Below are positions 37,591 to 45,184 of a DNA stretch of 45,184 nucleotides, piece after piece. The number at the start of each line of letters is the position of its first letter. Position 1 is the first letter of the stretch. The notes under the pieces were generated by a model, which did no database searches, was not told the DNA's origin, and was given only the letters and a program-made list of their open reading frames with translations. Origin of the DNA: a virus (lineage: Duplodnaviria > Caudoviricetes); IMG/VR virus record IMGVR_UViG_3300038336_000112, positions 1 to 45,184 of that record. One strand, 5' to 3'. The position numbers and the translations under genes were made by a program.

Positions 37591-38496
37591 ATGGAAAAGA
37601 CAACACGGTTCGGAATCGAGATCGAGATGACAGGCATCACCCGCAAGGACGCAGCCCTGGCTGCCCAGACGGTCCTCGGTGGAGAGCTGCTCTACGGGGG
37701 TTCCTACTATGACACCTACGAACTGAAGACCTTCGATGGCCGCACATGGAAGTTCACATACGATGGTAGCATCCGATGCGAAACCAAGACACGAGGGATC
37801 AAAGAGAGTGCATCTCGCCTGTACAGCGTCGAACTGGTCAGCCCGATCCTCACCTACGAAGCGGACATCGAGAACCTGCAGGAGGTCATCAGGGCGCTGC
37901 GCAAAGCCGGAGCCTTCACCAACAGCTCCTGCGGCATCCACATCCACCTTGATGGCCAGCCGCACACACCACGCTCGATTAGAAACTTCGTGAACATCAT
38001 CTACGCCCGAAACGACCTGTTCTACAAGGCCCTGGGCATCGAGACCCAACGGGCACGGTACTGCAAGAAGATGGACGAGCACCTTGTGGCGACCATGAAT
38101 CGCAAAAAGCCGACCACCTTCGCCAAGATCGAGAGCATCTGGTACGAAGGCTACCGGGGAAACCGGGATGCACACTACCACGAAAGCCGCTACCATTTCT
38201 TGAACCTGCACTCTTTCTTCCACGGCCACAAAACCGTCGAGCTACGCGGTTTCAACAGCACCCTCCATGCCGGAGAGGTCAGAAGCTACATCGTCCTTGC
38301 CCTTGCGCTGAACACCCAGGCGCTCACGCAGAGCTCGGCAAGCACCAAGAAGCCCCAGGCCGAGAACGAGAAGTTTGCGATGCGCACATACCTCAACCGC
38401 ATCGGCTTCATCGGCGACGAGTTCCGCTCCTGCCGCGAGCACCTGACCAAGCGCCTCACCGGATCAGCGGCATGGCGCAGGCGGGTTGCCGCCTGA
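37591..38496 (+). CDS. Putative amidoligase (COOH-NH2 ligase, Amidoligase_2)
   Basis: FGIEIE, DGSI, ELVSPIL, SCGIHIH, RYHFLN, TVELR. Confidence 0.87.
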   Translation: MEKTTRFGIEIEMTGITRKDAALAAQTVLGGELLYGGSYYDTYELKTFDGRTWKFTYDGSIRCETKTRGIKESASRLYSVELVSPILTYEADIENLQEVIRALRKAGAFTNSSCGIHIHLDGQPHTPRSIRNFVNIIYARNDLFYKALGIETQRARYCKKMDEHLVATMNRKKPTTFAKIESIWYEGYRGNRDAHYHESRYHFLNLHSFFHGHKTVELRGFNSTLHAGEVRSYIVLALALNTQALTQSSASTKKPQAENEKFAMRTYLNRIGFIGDEFRSCREHLTKRLTGSAAWRRRVAA

Positions 38497-38576
38497 AGAG
38501 GCAACCTGACAAGGCTCTGAGGGCGGGACGACCGCCCTTGGGGTGGTAGAAGACCAAGTGAAGGAGCAAAGCAACG

Positions 38577-39023
38577 ATGAAGAAAATTTATCTGGCCTAT
38601 GGAAGCAACCTGAACCTCGAACAGATGGGATACCGATGCCCCGATGCCGCGGTCATCGGGACAACGATACTGCACGATTATCAGCTGTTGTTTCGGGGAG
38701 GCCGACATACTGGCGTGGCCACCATCGAGATGAAACGGGGTGCAAAGGTTCCGGTGCTCCTTTGGCAGATCACCGAGAAGTGCGAGAAGGCCTTGGACCG
38801 CTACGAGGGTCACCCCCACCTGTATCGCAAGAAGAAGCTGATGGTGAATCTGGACGGTGATGAGTTGGTGGCGATGGCCTACGTCATGAACGAAGGACCT
38901 CCGCTGGCTATGCCGGATGCATACTATTACTCGACCATCCTTGACGGTTACTACGACTGCGGCTTCGATGAGGGTATCCTCAAGCAGGCGGTTATGGAAT
39001 CGATGGAGGCCGGCAATGACTGA
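38577..39023 (+). CDS. Gamma-glutamylcyclotransferase (AIG2-like)
   Basis: YLAYGSNL, RCPDA, LDRYEG. Confidence 0.87.
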   Translation: MKKIYLAYGSNLNLEQMGYRCPDAAVIGTTILHDYQLLFRGGRHTGVATIEMKRGAKVPVLLWQITEKCEKALDRYEGHPHLYRKKKLMVNLDGDELVAMAYVMNEGPPLAMPDAYYYSTILDGYYDCGFDEGILKQAVMESMEAGND

Positions 39024-39195
39024 GCAGATAAGGGACCAGATCCTCAAGGTACGTGACAGTGGTCTGACGAACATGTTCAACACGGGGGCGGTTCAGTGGA
39101 TCGCTTCCCAGATGGGTCTTACGGAACTTGTCGACTACCTTGATGGGGACAACACAAGGGAATACGCTCACTTCATACTCACAGGCGATAGCTGA
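39016..39195 (+). CDS. DUF5049-like small protein
   Basis: QILKVRDSGLTNMF...EYAHFILTG; GGAGG SD. Confidence 0.78.
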   Translation: MTEQIRDQILKVRDSGLTNMFNTGAVQWIASQMGLTELVDYLDGDNTREYAHFILTGDS

Positions 39196-39270
39196 CAGGA
39201 GCCTTCACAAGGTGGCATACTGGACTCTACATCAGCAGTGTGTTTATTCATATTATTGCGCTGTAACAAG

Positions 39271-39296
39271 TTGCTATAGTTTCCGAATTGAGGGAT
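39271..39296 (+). promoter_or_regulatory. TTGCTAT-N11-TGAGNGAT motif, copy 3
   Basis: Upstream of the gene starting at 39332. Confidence 0.65.
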
Positions 39297-39331
39297 ATAT
39301 ACACCAACAAAACGGACACGGAGGCAAGAGC

Positions 39332-39556
39332 ATGTGGAGAGAAGGAACTTTGGAGATCGGGAAGAGCGTTTTCAGGTACTGCATCAAGGTGTACGGGGAG
39401 GGTTCGGAATACGGGATCGACGAGGGAAGGATCTCCAAGCTGATGATCAAGAGGAATGGCAACGTCGTATGCAACTACGACCGCGGCTGGGACATCAGGC
39501 CACGTGACACTGATACCAGGCAGGCCCTTGAGAGCCTGAAGAAAACATACAACTGA
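39332..39556 (+). CDS. Small phage protein (GRISKL/YDRGWD motif)
   Basis: GGAGG SD; SEYGIDEGRISKL...NYDRGWD. Confidence 0.75.
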   Translation: MWREGTLEIGKSVFRYCIKVYGEGSEYGIDEGRISKLMIKRNGNVVCNYDRGWDIRPRDTDTRQALESLKKTYN

Positions 39557-39576
39557 CAACAAGTACCTACCACTTG

Positions 39577-39601
39577 AAGGGACCCACGCCGGGTCCTTTT
39601 T
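39577..39601 (+). terminator. Intrinsic terminator-like hairpin
   Basis: GGGACCC-ACGCC-GGGTCCT followed by TTTT. Confidence 0.65.
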
Positions 39602-39627
39602 GTTTGCCCTGAGGAATGAAATAAGTT

Positions 39628-41229
39628 ATGCCGAAACCGAAGAAATACACCCCTACATCCTTCATGGCAAAGGAATCAACCTACGACAAGACCCTGGCCG
39701 ACCGTGCAGTTGGGTTCATCGAATGCCTCTGCCACACCAAGGGGGTTTGGGCGGGAAAGCCCTTCAAGCTGCTTCCCTGGCAGGAGAGAATCATCCGCGA
39801 CCTGTTCGGTATCGTCAAGACCGATGGATATCGGCAGTTCAACACTGCCTACATCGAGATTCCCAAAAAGAACGGAAAGAGCGAGCTTGCCGCCGCGGTG
39901 GCACTGCTGCTGACCTGCGGAGACTTCGAGGAACGCGCCGAGGTCTATGGATGCGCTGCCGACCGCCAGCAGGCATCGATCGTATTCGAAGTGGCAGCGG
40001 ACATGGTGCGCATGTGTCCCTCGCTGAACCGGCGCGTCAAGATCCTGGCCGCCACCAAGCGCATCGTGTACCTGCCGACCAACAGCTTTTATCAGGTGCT
40101 GAGCGCCGAAGCCTACTCCAAGCACGGATTCAATATCCATGGGGTGGTCTTTGATGAACTGCACACCCAACCGAATAGAAAGCTCTTTGACGTGATGACC
40201 AAGGGCTCGGGCGATGCGCGTGCCCAGCCGCTGTTCTTTCTGATCACCACCGCAGGCACCGACCAGCACTCCATCTGCTACGAGCAGCACCAGAAGGCCA
40301 AGGACATCATCGAAGGTCGCAAACACGACAAGACCTTCTACCCGGTGATCTACGGCTCGGAGGAGGACGACGACTGGACCGATACAAAGACGTGGAAGAA
40401 AGCCAACCCGTCGCTTGGGCATACCATCACCCTCGAGAAGGTGAAGGCGGCCTGCGACAGCGCAAGGCAGAACCCGGGCGAGGAGAACGTGTTCCGTCAG
40501 CTCAGGCTCAACCAATGGGTCAAGCAGGCGGTGCGCTGGATGCCGATGGAGAAATGGGACCTGTGCAACTTCCCCGTCGATGCCGAGGAGCTCGAAGGCA
40601 GGGTCTGCTACGGCGGACTGGACCTCTCGTCGACCACCGACATCACCGCCTTCGTGCTCGTATTCCCACCCAGGGATGAGCATGACAAATTCGTGATCCT
40701 CCCCTGGTTCTGGATACCCGAGGACAGCTTGGGCCTACGTGTGAGGCGTGATCATGTTCCTTACGACGTATGGGAACGAACCGGCCACGTACAGACCACC
40801 GAAGGCAACGTGGTCCACTACGGATTCATCGAGGCCTTCATCGGCGAGCTCGGCAAGAGATACAACATCCGAGAGATCGCGTTCGACCGTTGGGGAGCGG
40901 TGCAGATGGTGCAGAACCTTGAGGGCATGGGCTACACAGTGGTGCCCTTCGGACAGGGATTCAAAGATATGAGCCCCCCTACCAAGGAGCTGATGAAGCT
41001 GGTATTGGGGCAGAGCATAGCACATGCAGGCCATCCGGTGCTCCGCTGGATGATGGACAACATTTTCATCCGCACCGATCCGGCTGGGAACATCAAGCCC
41101 GACAAGCAGAAGTCCACCGAGAAGATCGACGGCGCGGTTGCCACAATCATGGCACTGGATCGGGCGATCAGGTGCGGCAACGAAGTGCGCGAATCGGTCT
41201 ACGAGGACCGAGGCATCCTCTTCATCTAG
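39628..41229 (+). CDS. terL: Terminase large subunit
   Basis: LLPWQ, IPKKNGKS, FDELH, ITTAG, GLDLS, KIDGAVA. Confidence 0.95.
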   Translation: MPKPKKYTPTSFMAKESTYDKTLADRAVGFIECLCHTKGVWAGKPFKLLPWQERIIRDLFGIVKTDGYRQFNTAYIEIPKKNGKSELAAAVALLLTCGDFEERAEVYGCAADRQQASIVFEVAADMVRMCPSLNRRVKILAATKRIVYLPTNSFYQVLSAEAYSKHGFNIHGVVFDELHTQPNRKLFDVMTKGSGDARAQPLFFLITTAGTDQHSICYEQHQKAKDIIEGRKHDKTFYPVIYGSEEDDDWTDTKTWKKANPSLGHTITLEKVKAACDSARQNPGEENVFRQLRLNQWVKQAVRWMPMEKWDLCNFPVDAEELEGRVCYGGLDLSSTTDITAFVLVFPPRDEHDKFVILPWFWIPEDSLGLRVRRDHVPYDVWERTGHVQTTEGNVVHYGFIEAFIGELGKRYNIREIAFDRWGAVQMVQNLEGMGYTVVPFGQGFKDMSPPTKELMKLVLGQSIAHAGHPVLRWMMDNIFIRTDPAGNIKPDKQKSTEKIDGAVATIMALDRAIRCGNEVRESVYEDRGILFI

Positions 41230-41247
41230 GAATCAGGAGATACACAT

Positions 41248-42576
41248 ATGGGACTCTTATCCAAGCTTGTCACCAGAACGCGTGACAAGCCGCAAAACAG
41301 GACCAGCGGGTCCTCATACAGCTTCCTCTTCGGTGGTTCTACCAGTGGCAAGGCGGTGAACGAACGATCGTCGATGCAGATGACGGCAGTCTATGCCTGC
41401 GTGCGCATCCTGGCCGAGGCAATCGCAGGCCTACCGCTCCATCTGTACCATCACGACGATGACTCGAGCAAACACAAGGCCAAGGATCATCCGCTGTACA
41501 CCCTGCTGCACAGCGAGCCCAATGCGGAGATGACCAGCTTCGTGTTCCGCGAGACGCTGATGACCCACCTGCTGCTCTGGGGCAATGCGTATGCGCAGAT
41601 CATCCGAAACGGCAAGGGCCAGGTTGCCGCACTCTACCCGCTGATGCCCAACCGCATGCAGGTCGACCGCGACAAGAGTGGCAAGCTCTACTACCAATAC
41701 ACCACCAGCGCCGAGGACGCTCCCACCATGCAGGGAAACTCGGTGGTTCTGGACGCCTCAGAGGTGCTGCACATACCGGGACTCGGATTCGACGGGTTGG
41801 TTGGCTACTCGCCGATCGCGATGGCCAAGAACGCCATCGGCATGGCGATCGCCTGCGAGGAGTACGGGGCGAAGTTCTTCGCCAACGGGGCCGCCCCAAG
41901 CGGGGTGCTCGAGCATCCGGGAACGGTGAAGGACCCCACACGCCTCCGCGATACGTGGCAGGGCCAGTTCGGCGGCTCTGCGAACTCGCACAAGGTGGCC
42001 GTCCTCGAGGAGGGGATGAAATACACCCCGATTTCGATCTCGCCCGAGCAGGCGCAGTTCCTGCAGACACGCAAGTTCCAGATCAACGAGATCGCGCGGA
42101 TCTTCCGGGTCCCGCCGCACATGGTGGGGGACCTGGAGAAGTCCTCGTTCAGCAACATCGAGCAGCAGTCGCTCGAGTTCGTCAAATACACCCTCGACCC
42201 GTGGGTGATCCGATGGGAGCAGGCGCTTTCGCGTGCGCTTTTGGGAACAGATGAGAAGCAGACGCACTTCTTCCGCTTCAACGTCGAGGGACTGCTGCGC
42301 GGTGATTACCAGAGCCGCATGGGCGGGTATGCCACCGCGCGCCAGAACGGATGGATGAGCGCCAACGATATCCGAACGCTGGAGGACATGGACCTCATAG
42401 ACGACGAGGACGGGGGAAACCTCTACCTCGTCAACGGAAACATGCTCCCCCTTTCTCGGGCCGGGGCATTCGCAGACACGTATACGGACACATCCCAGGA
42501 GGAGAGTAATGAAGAACAGGAAGTTCTGGCAATGGAAAAACCAGGGCGAAGACGAAAGCACAGCGAGAATCCTTGA
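41248..42576 (+). CDS. HK97-family portal protein
   Basis: AVYACVRILAEAIAGLP, LWGNAY, IARIFRVPPH, NIEQQ. Confidence 0.94.
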   Translation: MGLLSKLVTRTRDKPQNRTSGSSYSFLFGGSTSGKAVNERSSMQMTAVYACVRILAEAIAGLPLHLYHHDDDSSKHKAKDHPLYTLLHSEPNAEMTSFVFRETLMTHLLLWGNAYAQIIRNGKGQVAALYPLMPNRMQVDRDKSGKLYYQYTTSAEDAPTMQGNSVVLDASEVLHIPGLGFDGLVGYSPIAMAKNAIGMAIACEEYGAKFFANGAAPSGVLEHPGTVKDPTRLRDTWQGQFGGSANSHKVAVLEEGMKYTPISISPEQAQFLQTRKFQINEIARIFRVPPHMVGDLEKSSFSNIEQQSLEFVKYTLDPWVIRWEQALSRALLGTDEKQTHFFRFNVEGLLRGDYQSRMGGYATARQNGWMSANDIRTLEDMDLIDDEDGGNLYLVNGNMLPLSRAGAFADTYTDTSQEESNEEQEVLAMEKPGRRRKHSENP

Positions 42577-43237
42577 GCTTTCGGGCACGATCGCCGAGGA
42601 GAGCTGGTTCGATGATGATGTCACCCCCGAACAGTTCCGCGATGAGCTGTTCGCCGACAGCGGCGAGGTGACGGTGTGGATCAACAGCCCCGGAGGGGAC
42701 TGCATCGCAGCGAGTCGCATCTACGCGATGCTCATGGAGTACCCGGGACATATCACCGTGAAGATCGACGGGATCGCCGCGAGCGCGGCCTCGGTCATCG
42801 CGATGGCGGGGACATCCGTCCTGATGGCACCCACCGCATTGATGATGATCCACAACCCCATGACGCTCGCCTACGGCAACCACGCCGACATGCAGAAGGC
42901 AATCGGCATGTTGGACGAGGTCAAACAAAGCATCGTGAACGCCTACGAGATCAAGACGAACCTCACACGGGCGAAGATCAGCCACCTGATGGACAACGAG
43001 ACGTGGATGAACGCGAAGAAGGCCATCGAGCTTGGCTTCGCCGACGCGATCCTCGAGGATGCGAAGAAAACTTCAAATGAAGTCCCCTATTCGTTCTCCA
43101 CCAAGAATTCGCAGCTCTCGCTGCTGAACAAGATCACCGACACCTATGCGCACATAGCGGACCAGGCGCCACCTGAAGCTGGCACAATCGGGCTTTGCGA
43201 GCTCGAGAAACGACTGAATCTCATCAAACCCCAATAG
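42509..43237 (+). CDS. ClpP-like prohead protease
   Basis: INSPGGD, AASAASVI, MIHNP, ETWM..AIELGFAD; GGAGGAG SD inside portal gene. Confidence 0.92.
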   Translation: MKNRKFWQWKNQGEDESTARILELSGTIAEESWFDDDVTPEQFRDELFADSGEVTVWINSPGGDCIAASRIYAMLMEYPGHITVKIDGIAASAASVIAMAGTSVLMAPTALMMIHNPMTLAYGNHADMQKAIGMLDEVKQSIVNAYEIKTNLTRAKISHLMDNETWMNAKKAIELGFADAILEDAKKTSNEVPYSFSTKNSQLSLLNKITDTYAHIADQAPPEAGTIGLCELEKRLNLIKPQ

Positions 43238-43248
43238 GAGAAGACACA

Positions 43249-44451
43249 ATGGGAAAGATCAACGACATGCGCGCACAGCGCGCGAAGACCTGGGAACAGG
43301 CGAAGGCATTCCTCGACTCCAGGCGCAACGAGAAGGGCATCCTGGGCGCCGAGGATACCGCGACATACGAAAGGATGGAGGCCGAGATCGTGGATCTGGG
43401 CCACGAGATCGAGCGCCAGGAGCGCATCGAGGCATTCGAGCGCGAGCTGAACGCACATGTGGGCTCTCCCATCACCAGCCGCCCCGAGGGGGCCGCCAAG
43501 GCCGAGATGAAGGCAGGACGGGCCTCGGATGAGTACCGTAAGGCATTCTGGAACCACCTCAGGCGCCGGGAGAACGCACCCGATTTGCGCAACGCATTGC
43601 AGGTGGGAACCGACACCGAAGGCGGCTACTTGGTGCCCGACGAGTTCGAACGCACCCTCGTGACAGCTTTGGAGGATGAGAACCTGTTCCGCTCCATCGC
43701 CAAGATCATCCAGACCGCCAGTGGAGACCGCAAGATACCGATCAGTGCCTCCAAGGGCGAGGCGGCATGGATCGACGAGGAGGGAACCTATCCCGAGAGC
43801 GATGACAGCTTCGGGCAGGTGACCATCAGCGCCTACAAGCTGGGCACGATCATCAAGGTATCCGAGGAACTCATCAACGACAGCGTGTTCGACATCGAGT
43901 CCTACATCGCCACCGAATTCGCCCGTCGCATCGGGGCCAAGGAAGAGGCGGCGTTCTTCACCGGGGACGGATCGGGCAAGCCTTTGGGTATCCTCGCGGC
44001 CACCGGAGGGGCGCAAATCGGCGTCAACGCGGCATCCGCGACCGCCCTGAATGCCGATGAGGTCATCGACCTGTATTATGCGCTCCGTAGCCCGTACCGC
44101 AAGAACGCGGTGTGGGTGACCAACGATGCCACCGTCAAGGCGCTTCGCAAGCTCAAGGACGGCAACGGGCAGTACATCTGGCAGCCTTCGCTGACTGCTG
44201 GCACTCCCGACACCATCCTGTCCCGTCCGGTGAAGACCTCGGCCTACATGCCCGAGATCGCAGGCGGGGCCAAGACACTGGCCTTCGGGGACTTCTCGTA
44301 CTACTGGATCGCCGACCGCCAGGGACGTACCTTCAAGCGCCTGGGCGAACTGTTCGCCCCGACCGGGCAGGTGGGGTTCCTCGGGTCCCAACGTGTGGAT
44401 GGGCGACTGATCCTCGGCGAGGCCGTCAAGGTCCTGCAGCAGAAGGCGTAA
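43249..44451 (+). CDS. HK97-fold major capsid protein
   Basis: Coiled-coil delta domain, GGYLVP, VSEELIND, GDGSGKPLG, LKDGNGQYIW, FGDFS. Confidence 0.94.
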   Translation: MGKINDMRAQRAKTWEQAKAFLDSRRNEKGILGAEDTATYERMEAEIVDLGHEIERQERIEAFERELNAHVGSPITSRPEGAAKAEMKAGRASDEYRKAFWNHLRRRENAPDLRNALQVGTDTEGGYLVPDEFERTLVTALEDENLFRSIAKIIQTASGDRKIPISASKGEAAWIDEEGTYPESDDSFGQVTISAYKLGTIIKVSEELINDSVFDIESYIATEFARRIGAKEEAAFFTGDGSGKPLGILAATGGAQIGVNAASATALNADEVIDLYYALRSPYRKNAVWVTNDATVKALRKLKDGNGQYIWQPSLTAGTPDTILSRPVKTSAYMPEIAGGAKTLAFGDFSYYWIADRQGRTFKRLGELFAPTGQVGFLGSQRVDGRLILGEAVKVLQQKA

Positions 44452-44463
44452 GGGAGGTAATTG

Positions 44464-44712
44464 ATGTCATATAACACCAAGAACTACCGCGAGCAAGGCG
44501 GTGAGAAAACTGTCATCGGCGGCGAGGTCATCCTCGCAGCGAATGCGAAGGTAACCATCGACCCTGCGGCACTCATCGAAGGGCTTCCCGGTGGGAGCCT
44601 CACCCCGGCGGCAAGCCAAGCGGACAGCACGGCGACCACCATCGAAGAGCTGGTGCTGGATTTCAATGCACTGCTGGCTAAGCTCAGGAGTGCAGGTCTC
44701 ATGGCCAGCTGA
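44464..44712 (+). CDS. Head fiber/decoration protein
   Basis: YNTKNYREQGG, QADSTATT...DFNALLAKLRSAGLM; directly after capsid. Confidence 0.72.
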   Translation: MSYNTKNYREQGGEKTVIGGEVILAANAKVTIDPAALIEGLPGGSLTPAASQADSTATTIEELVLDFNALLAKLRSAGLMAS

Positions 44713-44781
44713 TAGTAAACGATTATGGGGGCATCCCGGTGAGAGCTGGGGTGTCCATCACCTTGATGATGGAGGAAGCGC

Positions 44782-45184
44782 ATGATCGCCAGTATCGCCA
44801 TGTTCAACACCTACAGCGGCAATTATGAGGACTCTCCCGAGGCCGTAGAGCTCAAGGGCGCTTTCCTCTCCACTGCCGAGGATATCGTGGCCTCGTATTT
44901 GGGCTTCGATCCGAAGCAGCGGGATTATGCCGATATCGTGTGCTCGGGGACCGGCTCGCGGCGCCTGTACCTACCCTGTCGCAATATCCAGACGGTCGAG
45001 TCTCTTATCATGGGAACGACGCCTATAGACACCACGCTGGTGGCACCGTGCGACGACCATATCCGTTTTGTGGATCACACCACCAAGTTCCCCATCGGGG
45101 AAGACAATATCCGCCTCAGCTACACCGCTGGATGGGAAATCGAGCAGATGCCTTCGGTGATCGTCGTCTCGATCCTACGCATCG
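44782..45184 (+). CDS. Head-tail connector protein (3' truncated by window edge)
   Basis: GGAGG SD; open frame MIASIAMFNTY...AEDIVASYLG...LSYTAGW...P; position after capsid; absent from ORF track because there is no stop in the window. Confidence 0.7.
   Translation, partial: MIASIAMFNTYSGNYEDSPEAVELKGAFLSTAEDIVASYLGFDPKQRDYADIVCSGTGSRRLYLPCRNIQTVESLIMGTTPIDTTLVAPCDDHIRFVDHTTKFPIGEDNIRLSYTAGWEIEQMPSVIVVSILRI

Larger units (their letters stand above)
16501..45184. mobile_element. Temperate siphovirus-like prophage (immunity, replication, packaging and head modules); continues beyond window; left boundary may extend to about 1750
   Basis: Contiguous co-oriented phage gene order from repressor to head-tail connector. 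Confidence 0.93.

Noticed and set aside
39676-44391. Long minus-strand ORFs (39676-40683, 41758-42720, 43144-44391)
   Set aside because: Antisense shadows of GC-rich terminase, portal and capsid genes; no motifs recognised

Overview
The window begins with the 3' end of a host [FeFe]-hydrogenase-type Fe-S gene and an IS200-type element (about 1059-1715). Next comes a serine recombinase/TetR/DMT unit bracketed by a 270-bp imperfect direct repeat, then an AT-rich defence island (about 5180-16030) with two HEPN-motif proteins, a Gabija-like OLD nuclease + UvrD pair and a type III R-M system. The rest is the left part of a temperate siphovirus-like prophage that runs off the right edge. It contains an ImmA/ImmR-like switch with four 18-bp operators, a sigma-like gene, a PolA/VapE/SNF2 replication module, HNH, TerS, MetK, a ParB-methylase, holin/spanin-like genes, an amidoligase/GGCT cassette, TerL, portal, ClpP, HK97-type capsid and head-completion genes. 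The most striking unexplained signal is a 95-nt tRNA-like cloverleaf (6113-6019, minus strand). It has a 30-nt loop where the 7-nt anticodon loop should be, starts at the predicted +1 of a sigma70 promoter, and ends 6 nt before the ATG of an RxxxxH HEPN protein, making it a candidate tRNA-mimic RNA + HEPN RNase system. All family assignments come from motif recognition by eye; no database searches were run.
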